DNA of 63,461 nt, filler included, from an uncultured Methanosarcinales archaeon (GTDB lineage Archaea > Nanobdellota > Nanobdellia > Woesearchaeales > B54-G15): the NCBI GenBank assembly GCA_964519225.1. It is 4 parts of 4 records of this genome, joined end to end, with 100 filler letters (N's around TTAATTAATTAA, not from the genome) between each part and the next. Parts side by side here need not be neighbours in the genome. Positions count along the whole stretch, not along the records: positions 1 to 23,130 come from CAZFJK010000014.1; 3 more parts are not named here. One strand, written 5' to 3'. The position numbers and the translations under genes are program-made. The stretch's first letter is position 1; the number at the start of each line of letters is the position of its first letter. A model generated the notes under the pieces. It was given only the letters and a program-made list of their open reading frames with translations. It ran no database searches and was not told the origin of the DNA. This document shows positions 1-10,700 of this stretch, in pieces.

Positions 1-1
1 T

Positions 2-382
2 CTAAATAAACTTTTAAAAAGTTGTGATTTTATCTGTGTATGTCTTCCAAAAACACCCGAAACATTAGATTTTATTACATTAAAAGAACTAAAAATCATG
101 AAACCTTCGTCAATTTTACTCGATATTTCAAGAGGGGAAATTGTAAATTTTGAACATTTATATGTAGCATTAAAAAACAAATTAATAAGGGCCGCTTTTT
201 GTGATGTCTACCCGAAAGAACCACCCGATTATTCCCATCCTATTTTTAGTTTACCAAATTTCATTTTTACGCCGCATATTGCAGGAGTTACGAAAGAAGC
301 TGAAATAATGCAAGCCAAAATCGCCGTAGAAACTATTAAGAATTTTCTTAAAAAGAAAACACTCAAAAATAGAATAGTTTGA
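2..382 (+). CDS. D-isomer-specific 2-hydroxyacid dehydrogenase (SerA/GyaR-like), 5'-truncated by the window edge
   Basis: The frame is open from nt 2 (LNKLLKSCDFICVCLPKTPET...). Motifs SRGEIV, DVYPKEP and TPHIAG are typical of the NAD-binding domain. Confidence 0.9.
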   Translation, partial: LNKLLKSCDFICVCLPKTPETLDFITLKELKIMKPSSILLDISRGEIVNFEHLYVALKNKLIRAAFCDVYPKEPPDYSHPIFSLPNFIFTPHIAGVTKEAEIMQAKIAVETIKNFLKKKTLKNRIV

Positions 383-393
383 TCCAAAAATAT

Positions 394-753
394 CTACTTT
401 AGTTCGCAATTTCTCGTATCTCCAAGACATCTAACTCTGCCGATTTTTTCACATCTCTGTTGTTCACCATGCCTGTTATACCACATTTTAAAATGCTCAC
501 ATATATTAAAATCTATCCCAGTGGTTTTTTGGAATAAATATAAAGCGTATAGTCCGGCGTGTCTATGTCCACTAAAAAGCTCATATTCAGCTAAGGATGC
601 TTTGGTTACATTATAGTTCACCATAAAGCAATTTAACTCTTCTAATAGTCGTCTTCTTCTTTCTTCCACATTTTGTATTGAATTGAGCTCTCTTAAAAAT
701 TCTTCTTTTTTTCTATAGTAGTTACAAAATTTGTCTATCGGAGTGGTTACCAT
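394..753 (-). CDS. Hypothetical protein with Cys-rich C-terminus
   Basis: About 119-aa ORF from ATG 753, divergent from the radical SAM gene. Four Cys in the last 36 aa. Confidence 0.6.
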   Translation of the reverse strand: MVTTPIDKFCNYYRKKEEFLRELNSIQNVEERRRRLLEELNCFMVNYNVTKASLAEYELFSGHRHAGLYALYLFQKTTGIDFNICEHFKMWYNRHGEQQRCEKIGRVRCLGDTRNCELK

Positions 754-889
754 AACCAAGAACTTGATTGTAAAAATTTAAAATTTTCGATTGTGATTGT
801 AAAAAAGCGTTACCTTCACTTTAAATATCTTTTAACTCCGAATAGAGACTACAAAAATTTAAAAATTTTAAGAATCAAAAGAATTAAAG

Positions 890-1918
890 ATGGACGATCC
901 TTACGAACGTTTTATCAATAAAGATATAACATCTTCACCATGCCTTTTCACCCTTATTAAAGGAAAAAGAGTTACCTGGGAACTTACAGGAACTTGTAAT
1001 TTAGGTTGTAAGCATTGTTGTGTTTCTGCTTCCAAATTTTCAAAATTTAAACCGAATCTTGAGCGATACAATCAAATCGTTGACGAACTAGTAAAATTAA
1101 ACGTCAAAGCACTCTATATATCTGGAGGCGAACCTCTTCTATGGGATGAGTTCCCAAAATTTTCTATTTACGCGAAAAACGCTGGTATAAAACTTATAAG
1201 TCTTGCGACAAACGCCACACTTCTTACAAAAGAGAAAATCAAAGAATTAAACTCTTCGGTGGATAAAATACTTGTCAGTTTGGATCACTTTTCTCCCAAA
1301 TATCACAACAAACTAAGAGGAAGCAAAAATGCATTTAGCAGTACAATTAAGGGAATTAAAAATCTTAAAAAATATTCTAACATTTACATACGTGTTGGAT
1401 GTGTAATCTGGAAAGAAAATTATAAGCATCTTGAAAGATTCATAAAATTTTGTGTAAACTTAGGAGTAAACGAAATAGCTTTTAGCTGGATAATGAAAGT
1501 GGGTCAAGCGATAAGATTTCCAGAAGTTTTTCCTCCTAGAGCCGCCTATCATGAAGTAGGGAAAAAGTTGGAATACCTCAAAACAAAATATTCGGCTAAA
1601 ATAAAAATTTCATTTCATAGATTCAAAAAATTTAATAAAAATGCTGTGTCCTGCAAGGGGGGACAGAATTTTTATTACATAAATCATAGAGGAAAAGTAG
1701 GTCCATGTTCATGGATTTCAAAATTATTTCCAAAGTTTTTATCTAAAGCAACCATATTCCAAACAACATTTAAATCGTTAATAAAAGAAAAAACCATTAA
1801 AGATTTTCTTAAAGAAGAAGAAAAAAGATACCAAACATACGGACCAGGATGCCCTGCCGTATGTTATATTGAAAATGGAAAATTCCAGTCCAGGGATCCG
1901 TTATTAGAAATTAATTGA
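890..1918 (+). CDS. Radical SAM protein with SPASM/twitch domain
   Basis: CNLGCKHC (CxxxCxxC), SGGEP, TNAT, VSLD; C-terminal CKGG...GKVGPC...GCPAVC. Confidence 0.93.
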   Translation: MDDPYERFINKDITSSPCLFTLIKGKRVTWELTGTCNLGCKHCCVSASKFSKFKPNLERYNQIVDELVKLNVKALYISGGEPLLWDEFPKFSIYAKNAGIKLISLATNATLLTKEKIKELNSSVDKILVSLDHFSPKYHNKLRGSKNAFSSTIKGIKNLKKYSNIYIRVGCVIWKENYKHLERFIKFCVNLGVNEIAFSWIMKVGQAIRFPEVFPPRAAYHEVGKKLEYLKTKYSAKIKISFHRFKKFNKNAVSCKGGQNFYYINHRGKVGPCSWISKLFPKFLSKATIFQTTFKSLIKEKTIKDFLKEEEKRYQTYGPGCPAVCYIENGKFQSRDPLLEIN

Positions 1919-1938
1919 AAGAGAGAGGTTTCTTACAT

Positions 1939-2592
1939 TTAATGTTGTAATTTAGGTAGAAGTTTATTTTTAAAAAATTTTATCATTTTCTTCGTACTCT
2001 TCTTTATTTCCTCTTTGTTATGCTTCTCCAAAGCAAAAAGTGGTTTACTTAAAGTATCCGAAACGACATTAATACTCAAAGCGTTTTTGACAAAGCCATA
2101 TAATCGTCCAGTTTCCATATCCGCTACGCAATTTTTTTTAATTCTAGATATTCCCTTGGAACAGTTTATTAAACTTAGTAAATCAGAAACTGTAAAGCTT
2201 TTTGCAATTTTGACTCCCTCTTTCAGAAAAAAACGCGAAGAAAAACGAGCAAACGTAGTAGTAGAGTAAAATTTGCCATTTAAATAAGCTTTATTAACCA
2301 CAACTATATCACCTACTTTAAATTTTTCATCTAATCCGCAACAAAACCCTAAATGAATAATCTTACAATTAAAGCGTCCCAGTATTCTATATACCGCTAC
2401 CGCAGGTTCTCCTTGAGGAATTTTTATATAACCCACCGACCCCTTTTTCTTTGTTAGAAAAATACTTTTTCTTTTAGGTTTACCGCAAACGTTTTTAAAT
2501 AAGAACGAAAGAGGGATAGTAACAACAATTTTAGGGATATATTTCCATCCAAAAAACCCATTTACTAATTTATTTATCGTTTCAAATGCCAT
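1939..2592 (-). CDS. Nucleoside phosphorylase / MTA-SAH nucleosidase fold protein (PNP_UDP family), divergent
   Basis: LGFCCGLDEKFKVGDIVV, ADMET and VVSD match the family motifs GxxGgL..GDxV, DME and SD. Confidence 0.75.
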   Translation of the reverse strand: MAFETINKLVNGFFGWKYIPKIVVTIPLSFLFKNVCGKPKRKSIFLTKKKGSVGYIKIPQGEPAVAVYRILGRFNCKIIHLGFCCGLDEKFKVGDIVVVNKAYLNGKFYSTTTFARFSSRFFLKEGVKIAKSFTVSDLLSLINCSKGISRIKKNCVADMETGRLYGFVKNALSINVVSDTLSKPLFALEKHNKEEIKKSTKKMIKFFKNKLLPKLQH

Positions 2593-2747
2593 AGTATATT
2601 CATTCCAAAGAGTTTTTGAAATGTAAAAATTACAAATATTAAATTTTTACTAAACAAAACCCTAAGCAAAAATTTATTCCAAGTTTAAATAAAAGAACAA
2701 CGCTGTCAGAACAGACGTTTATTAGGGTTGATCAAATTTAATTTCTC

Positions 2748-3011
2748 CTAATATCCCAAAACCTTTTGCGTTTCTCTGCTCAAGCTATGCAGAGTAAATG
2801 CACTCGTAAATGCTGTCCAGAAATCCATAGTATAATGAAGTGTTTTTGCGAGTATTATTGCAGTAAGCAAAGCTAAAATTAGACCAGCAAAAGCAGCAAC
2901 CAAGTATTTATTCTGCCATTTCAGGTTTGGATTCTTTTTTAGTTTTACTAAATAAGGAACAAAAGTCCTTGTCAAAACACCAAGCAAGATTCCAGCATAA
3001 AAACTTTCCAT
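2748..3011 (-). CDS. Small membrane protein (2-3 TM helices)
   Basis: ATG 3011 with GGAGGTGA SD, directly after the thermonuclease stop; hydrophobic segments. Confidence 0.7.
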   Translation of the reverse strand: MESFYAGILLGVLTRTFVPYLVKLKKNPNLKWQNKYLVAAFAGLILALLTAIILAKTLHYTMDFWTAFTSAFTLHSLSRETQKVLGY

Positions 3012-3012
3012 T

Positions 3013-3657
3013 TCATTCACCTCCAACCTCATAGCCGTGAAGTATTGCTTCATTCTTGCTTCTAAAACATATTAAATTTTCTGGAGCAATCACTCTTGCC
3101 CATCTGCTACAGCATTTATGCGCTTTTCTACTTTTCTTGCTTCCAACATACTTCGTATCTTTAGGACAACCAAGGGCAATACAACAAATATCTTCACCCT
3201 TTTCTTTTGTCCAGATACCGATCTCAACGATCTTAGCCAATCTCTCAGCTTTCAGCAATTCTTCTTCATACCTGACATCGGGCTTCTGCACAGAAACTCT
3301 TGAAAAACCTTCCTCAACCAATTTCAAATTAACAAAATCACCATCGACATAAACATACCTTAATAACCTTCCATACCTATCTCGATCGCTAACATCTCTC
3401 TCAAGATAAACAGCTCTGCCTTTTACTAATTCGGCCAATCTGTTCTTAGCCTCATCATAATAGTACTCGCCTCGCTCAGGAGCATCGATCGAAAGCAACC
3501 TAACAACCTCACCATTGCTTAATCTAATAGTATCCCCATCAATAACCTCGACTACAATATTGCCCCTTTCTTCCACAATCACAAAAACATATGTAAACAG
3601 CAAGCCAAGAGAAATCAATGCCAACAGTAAAAGCAACCAAAAACCGTGACCTCTCAT
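3013..3657 (-). CDS. Membrane-anchored thermonuclease (SNase family) with C-terminal Ada-like Cys/His domain
   Basis: N-terminal TM; VIDGDT, RLLSIDAPE, DRYGRLLRY, GIW; C-terminal YVGSKKSRKAHKCC...C. Confidence 0.92.
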   Translation of the reverse strand: MRGHGFWLLLLLALISLGLLFTYVFVIVEERGNIVVEVIDGDTIRLSNGEVVRLLSIDAPERGEYYYDEAKNRLAELVKGRAVYLERDVSDRDRYGRLLRYVYVDGDFVNLKLVEEGFSRVSVQKPDVRYEEELLKAERLAKIVEIGIWTKEKGEDICCIALGCPKDTKYVGSKKSRKAHKCCSRWARVIAPENLICFRSKNEAILHGYEVGGE

Positions 3658-3665
3658 AAAACTAT

Positions 3666-3886
3666 CTACTCTTTCAGTTTTTTAATAATTTTCTCTTTTT
3701 CCTTTTTAGGTATGACAAAATCTAAATCCTCAGAAAATCTGTTTCAGAAAAACAACGCCAGATTGCTGTTCCGAGGTGAAGCACTGCCTTTTCAAGTATG
3801 TTATAAACAGATCTTGCAACCTCGTCCTGCATAAGAGCAATTTCTCTGTGGTCTTTTTTCAATCTGAGTGCCAACAGTATTTTCAT
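3666..3886 (-). pseudogene. Frameshifted, truncated AbiEii/DUF1814-like nucleotidyltransferase
   Basis: ATG 3886 gives MKILLALRLKKDHREIALMQDE...AVLHLGTAIWRCFS. After a frameshift near 3744 it continues NRFSEDLDFVIP and stops at 3666. These match the family signatures GGTA and RxSEDLDF. Confidence 0.8.
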
Positions 3887-3959
3887 AAAATTTTACAAAA
3901 AATATAAATATCTATAATTTTCGTTTTTTAATGAATTCAATTTTTCAATTTCCTAAATA

Positions 3960-4448
3960 CTAATATCCATCGCTTAAATCAACCTTGTCCTCTTCCTTTA
4001 TCCAATCTTCAACTTTATGCCTAGCTACTCGTTCACCATCGCTCATGATTACTTCATTTATTCCAGCATTTATTATCATTCTTCTGCATAGTTTACAAGG
4101 TCTTAGTTCAACCTTTTTCGCATCACCAATCAAGTCGATCATAAAAACATACATAGTTCCGCCAAGAATAGAAACTCCGCTCCTCGCAGCATTAATTATT
4201 GCATTCATTTCAGCATGAACACTTCTGCAAAGCTCATACCGCTGTCCTGGAGGGATGCCTGCCTTTTGCCTTGGACAAACACCCAAATCAATGCAATTAG
4301 TAGCTTTTCTCGGTGCTCCTGTATATCCTGTAGAAAGAATCACATCATTCTTTACAATTATTGCTCCGAACTTCCGCCTTAAGCAGGTTGCTCTCGTAGC
4401 CACTTCCCGTGCGATGTTGAGATAATATTGTTCTTTTGTAGGTCTCAT
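3960..4448 (-). CDS. dCMP/cytidine deaminase (ComEB family)
   Basis: CLRRKFGA, HAEMNA and PCKLC zinc motifs. Confidence 0.93.
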   Translation of the reverse strand: MRPTKEQYYLNIAREVATRATCLRRKFGAIIVKNDVILSTGYTGAPRKATNCIDLGVCPRQKAGIPPGQRYELCRSVHAEMNAIINAARSGVSILGGTMYVFMIDLIGDAKKVELRPCKLCRRMIINAGINEVIMSDGERVARHKVEDWIKEEDKVDLSDGY

Positions 4449-4538
4449 GCCGCACTAGAATTTTTTCATCTATTAAATTCTTTTGTAAATGAAAAATATA
4501 TTAACATTTTCTAATTTCAATGCATTTTATTTAACACT

Positions 4539-4586
4539 ATACTTCCATGTAAATATAAAGAAATACAAAGATTTATATAGAAGTAT
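4539..4586. promoter_or_regulatory. 16-bp imperfect inverted repeat overlapping the TATA box of the RHH/giant-protein operon
   Basis: ATACTTCCATGTAAAT (4539-4554) vs ATTTATATAGAAGTAT (4571-4586), 14/16 complementary. TTTATATA lies at 4572-4579, 28 nt before ATG 4608. Confidence 0.55.
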
Positions 4587-4607
4587 TTAATAATTTTTAC
4601 ACAAATA

Positions 4608-4787
4608 ATGCCAAAACAAAAAGTAACACTTAGCATAGACAGAGAAATTTATAAAAAATATAAACAGTGGTGCGAAGATAACGCTATCCTCCTTTCTAAA
4701 AAAATAGAATTATTCATGCAAGATGAACTCGAAAAAGCTGAAAAATTCAAAAAAATAAAAACAAAATCAAAAGAATCAAAAGAATGA
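4608..4787 (+). CDS. Ribbon-helix-helix (CopG-like) microprotein, 59 aa, missing from the ORF track
   Basis: MPKQKVTLSIDREIYKKYKQWCEDNAILLSKKIELFM: strand-helix-helix pattern. ATGA overlap with the next gene. Confidence 0.8.
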   Translation: MPKQKVTLSIDREIYKKYKQWCEDNAILLSKKIELFMQDELEKAEKFKKIKTKSKESKE

Positions 4788-7700
4788 AAAAGAAAAAAAC
4801 AAAAAGAGGTGTTGGTGAGGCTGCGATTTTAACAGCAATAGTCATCCTAATCACGATTTCTCTTTATCTAGCTCCACGCCTTAATATCACTGGATTTTTT
4901 ATTGCTGAGAAAGGCCTTCTTACTTATGAGGAAAAAATAAACTTAAAGCTAAATGAATCAACCTCGTTTGAATTTAATATATCGCCAGACATTGAAGAAT
5001 TTGAACTTGTCTCTATTGCATTATCTGGACGTTTTATTGGAGATGGTAACGTTGAAGTTCATCTTGAAGATGCAATAGGAAACGATTATCTGATCTTTGA
5101 TAAAGAAACAATTCAGAAAAAAGCATTTGAAGCGACTGGGAAATTTACAGAAATTGAAAAAGCAATTAAAGAAACTACAGAAAAAGTCAAGAAGAAAATT
5201 AAGGAAAAGAAGGAGGAAGTAAAAGAAGCGGCCGAGAAAATAAAGAAAGAAGTTAAAGAGCAGAAAAAAGAGAAAGCTGCAGAGAAAAAGGAGAAAAAAG
5301 AAAAGCAAGTAGAAGAAAAATCAGCTGAAGGAACACAAAGCGAGGAAACTAAAGAAAGCACAAAAGAAGCGGTGGCTGAAACAGGACCTGATACGAGCGG
5401 GAAACAAGAACAAGTTGAAGAAACAAGAACTGTTTCGAGCGATCAAACAGCTGAAACAAGTACTATTCAGATTGATGAAGGCGAAGAACAAACGTCTGGA
5501 GAAGAAACAACAGATACTTCTTCGGATTCACAATCAAGCAAGGAACTCCTACCCGAATCTACTCAAGAAGAAAATACAGAAAGAGAAGAAGCAACTACAA
5601 CAACAGAGAAAGAGCCAGTAGAAGAATCACCAGAACCTACGAGTGATACAGCAGAAGAAACTACAGATGAATCTGAGGGAGAAGTAAGTGAAGAGCCAGA
5701 AACCGCAAAGCCAGAAACCAAGACAAATGAGACGAGAGAGGCAGAAGAGAGTAGAACAAACAAAACTAAGATTAACGAGACAAAAAAGATTAAGAATACT
5801 ACAACAGAAGTTAAGAGACTATCCGAAAAGAAAAATGAAACAAAAGAAGTTATGCATCAGATTAGGAATCTTACAATTGAGCACAAAAACATTACAGCCG
5901 CGGTAAGTATTTATAATGTTACATCTAAGAATTTAACAGCGAGAAAGGTTACTATAAATACTACGCCGGAGAACATGACAGAATTGCTGAAGAATGTAGC
6001 AATTGTTGAAAATATTAGTGTAGGAAATATATCAACAGTGAATATAACAACAAACGTGACGGTCAACATCATAAACGTAACTGAAGAAATAAATATAATA
6101 GAATTTGAAAACGTTTGTCTTGAAACATGTTTGCTTCCAAAGGGTTTAACGGGGAAACAATATAAGCTGGTGATACGCGTTGATGGGAATTCAACACTCG
6201 AATTGAACAAGATAAAGTATACTATTAAAAATATCACGAAAAAAATACCTGTTAAGCTTGCAGTCTTAAATGCTGATGGAGAAACGCTTAATGCAACTGT
6301 TATTCTTCATAGAAATGGTGAAAGTATTGTTTCAACGAACAGCACAGAATCTGTTCAAATTTCGCCGGGTATTTATGATATCGAAGCGCGAATAAAAGAC
6401 CATGTGATAGATAAGATTTACTTCTATTCTGCAGATCTTACTAAATCGATTAAGAAAATAGCTTCTGTGGATATTTTGTCCCATATAGAAAATATCACTC
6501 AAGGTTGGGCTATAAAACCAGAAATAGATGCTGATTCCATGGATGTGATGGTTACTGCAAATGGCACTAGGCTATACAAATGTTCTATATGGAAGTTTAA
6601 TAAAAGAAAATGCAAACAAAACTTTACATTTGAGCAGTTTATCGCTCCTGGAGAAACATACACACTCAATCTTTCAATAGAGGAGTTTGGATTCATTGAA
6701 ACAAATGAAATGGTCATGAATATTACCAATGAATCTGTTCCTATCGAAAAAATCTATGATGATCCAAGTTATGAGGTTGTTATAAGTTCGGTGCAATATG
6801 ATGATGATACAAAAACATTGACTGTGGTATTCCATCATACTGCAAAGAATGGTAAGAGGATTCATATAGAATTTGCCGATAACAAAACATTTGACTATCT
6901 CCTTGATAAAGAAATTGCTAAAAAGAATGAAAATGTTACACTAAAAATATTTAATTGGACTTCTTCAGAATACTTTGAAATTAAAGTAGGTGACAGGACA
7001 GAGATATATGGAATAGGCATCCCACCAGAATATACCTTATCTCCAGCGATCAATGACGCGGAGAATAGAACTGTTGAAGCGACTGTGAAAATCTTGAGGA
7101 ATAGTGTAAGGTTTGCGAATACAACCACAAGAGGAAGAATTAACATTCAAAGAGGGATATATTCTATAGAAATCTTTCCAAGGAATCACACGGTTAAGAA
7201 AATTAAGCTCAAAGGAATGAGGATAGCTGGACGAATATCTCGCCTTTTAAGACTCGATAATGTGCCTAAAGAAAAATTACCAAGAGCAGTTAAAGCTTTT
7301 GCAGTAGATCCGACAGATATAACTTTTGAAGAGGCTACGATTACTTTGATTGCGTCAGGAAATGTATTGTTGAAATGTCAAAACTGGAGTTTTGAAACGA
7401 GAGAGTGTAGAGGAAGTTGCTTTTACGATCCATCAAAAAATAGAAAAGTATGTACAAGCGGTTGGCAGCGTATCGCAAACTTGACACCGGGACAGGAATA
7501 TAACATAACACTTACACCTCAAGATCCGGCTTATGCTGAATATAACTCAACATACGGTGCACCTTACTGCGGTGATTCTGGCATATCCCCTTGTATCGCG
7601 AACTCCTCCTTACTTAGAAGCAGAGATAATATCGGCGGAGGGTCAGAACCAAACTATCCAAACACAATTGATACGTGCAATGATGGATCATGGGGAACAT

Positions 7701-10700
7701 ATCAATCAGACGAATCTGTTGAAAACATAACGATAGCAAGTTTGAATCATAGTGTGTTCATTAAAGGTGATACTATCAACGTGACTGCAACAGTATACTG
7801 CTATGATGGTTCAGGAGACAATGTTAATTTTGTTTATACCAATAATACAGATTCACCTGCATGGAAAGTTATGGCCTCTGTTGATCCTTGTCCCGCTGCA
7901 GGATTAAACACATTTTCAAAGACATGGAAACTTGACAATATCGCAGGAAAACACGCAGTGAGAGTGAGTATCCAATGGAACGGTGCAACTACAACAACGT
8001 GCGGTTCAGGAAACTATGATGATAATGATGATGTTGTGTTCAATGTTTTAGCAGATACAAAAGGTCCAGCAATCAATTTTGTCCAACCAACACCAGCAAA
8101 TGATACAGTGCAAAATAAGAATCGGGTATTCATTAATGCCACAGTAACTGATGCTTTATCAGGTATTGACGCTTGTCTACTTGAATGGAATGGCGTTAAT
8201 GAAAGCATGACAAAAGTAGGCACAGGATTAAGTGTCTATTGTCATGTCAATAAAACAGGACTAGCTGATGGAACATACTCGTATAAAGTTTATGCAAATG
8301 ACTCTGCTGGAAATTGGAATGTTTCAGAAACAAGGATTGTAACAGTTGATACAACACCACCAACTATAACTTTTGTTCCACCAACACCGGCGAATGGTTC
8401 AATCTTAAGCCAGGCTTGGGTATTCATAAACATAACAGCTTCAGAAAACCTAAGCACAGCCTTGCTTGAATGGAATGGCATTAATGAAACAATGCAAGGC
8501 AGTGGCACAAACTGGTATTTGAATAAGACTGGTCTAGCAAGTGGGACTTATACATATAAAGTGTATGGAAATGATTCTAGCGATAACTGGGGTGTTAGTG
8601 AAACGAGAATAGTGAAAATAAATTTCCCTCCCCAAATAAGTTTGCACTATCCCCTCAATAATACCCAGTTTAATGATACGCAGACCGTGACATTTAACTT
8701 TACAGCTACAGATGAATTGTCAACAACACTTTCATGCTCGGTGTATCTTGATGGAATATTGAATCAAACAAACAACTCTGTACAAAACGGTTCTGTATCT
8801 GAATTTACAATAGCAAATATAAGCTATGGTGAACATAATTGGTTCATCAATTGTTCTGATGGTGAACTTTCAACTGTCAGCGAAACAAGATACTTCACCA
8901 TAGCGGATACAATACCTCCGAGCATCTACTATAATCCGAATACTGAAGCGAGCGGAAGCTACAGCAAAAGCTGGATATTCATAAACATAACCTGTTCTGA
9001 CCAGAGTAGGGATTCTGTGATTCTAAATTGGAACGGAACAAACGAGTCATTTGATAATCAGGCAGGAGATATATTTTGGGAAAACAAAACAGGCCTAGCT
9101 GATGGAACATACACCTTCTATGCTTGGTGTAATGATACTTATGGAAACACAAATCAAACATCTCAAAGAACAGCCACTTTGGATACAACTCCTCCAACAG
9201 TTAACCTAGAAAGCCCTGCTAATAATACACTCGAACAAAATACAAATACAATCACTTTCAACTACAACACAACAGACGCAATAAGCGATGTTGCCAACTG
9301 TTCATTATATATAAACGGCGTTCTGGATGAAACAGATACAATAATAACAGAAAGAACAACACAAAATTTCACAAAAACATTGCCAAACGGCTATTATAAT
9401 TGGTCGGTATCTTGTTATGACGCTGTTGGAAATAAAGGAACATCTGAAACATGGTATCTTAATATTTCTGTACACCCTCCTGTAACTACATTAATCTATC
9501 CTCCAGATAATTACAGCAGTTCTTCAAGCAGCGTAACTTTCAACTGTTCTGCAACAGATGATGCTGGGCTTGTAAATATTACTCTTTATATCTGGAATGC
9601 CACAGGCACATACTATACAAACACAACAACAATAAGTGGAACAAGTAACAGCACAACTTGGACTACAACACTAACGCCAGATGGAACATACACTTGGAAT
9701 TGCCTTGCGTATGATGTGGATGGATTAGGTGACTGGGCAGATGCTGACAGGACTTTAACTGTTGATACAACACCACCAACTATAACTTTTGTTCCACCAA
9801 CACCGGCGAATGCATCAACCATAAGCCAGGCTTGGGTATTCATAAACATAACAGCTTCAGAAAACCTAAGCACAGCCTTGCTTGAATGGAATGGCATTAA
9901 TGAAACAATGCAAGGCAGTGGCACTAATTGGTACTTGAATAAAACTGGTTTGGCTGAGGGCACATACGCATATAAGGTTTATGGCAATGACACAGTAAAT
10001 AACTGGAACAGCTCCGAAACAAGAGTAATAACTATCGACACAACAGCACCAAGCATAACGCTGTATTCTCCGCAAAATAACACAATCACGGCAAATACAA
10101 CGCCAACATTCAATTTCACAGCAGTAGATAATAAGGATACAAACCTGACGTGTGAATTGTTTATAAATAACTTAGGTTATGGCATCGTAAGTGCGCCGAA
10201 TAATACACCAACTACCATAATCGCAAACGATTCGCTCAGCGACGGAACATATTATTGGTATATCAACTGCACGGATGATGCAACAAACACAGGAAAAAGC
10301 GCAGTATGGATAATCAATATCGATACAAGTCCTCCCACCTGGAGCAACAACAAAACAGAGCCAAGCAGTCCAGCAACATACAGCCCAACACAGCAATATC
10401 AATTCAACATTACATGGTCGGATGCGTATGACATAGGTCAAGTTCTGTTCGAACATAACTTCACTGGAACATTACAGAATTACTCTGCTTCAGGAAATAG
10501 CAGCAACGAATACTTCTACAACTATGGACCTCTTGCAGCTGGAAGCTATGTATGGAGGAGCTATGCTACAGATGCAGTTGGCCATGTTGCTGCAACACCT
10601 CGGTGGTCTTACGTCATAAATAAAGCTACATCGATCTGTAATTTAACGATAAATCCGCCATCACCACAGACATATCCTGTGCAGGTAAATGCAAGTTGCA

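Noticed and set aside
3646..3834. 62-aa plus-strand ORF
   Set aside because: It is better explained as the antisense shadow of the AbiEii-like pseudogene.
4608..4787. RHH gene as the antitoxin of a TA pair
   Set aside because: No toxin gene (PIN/RelE) follows; it is coupled to the surface protein.
8345..9956. Duplicated segment as a DGR template/variable repeat pair
   Set aside because: The mismatches are not adenine-specific, both copies are in-frame coding, and no reverse transcriptase is present.
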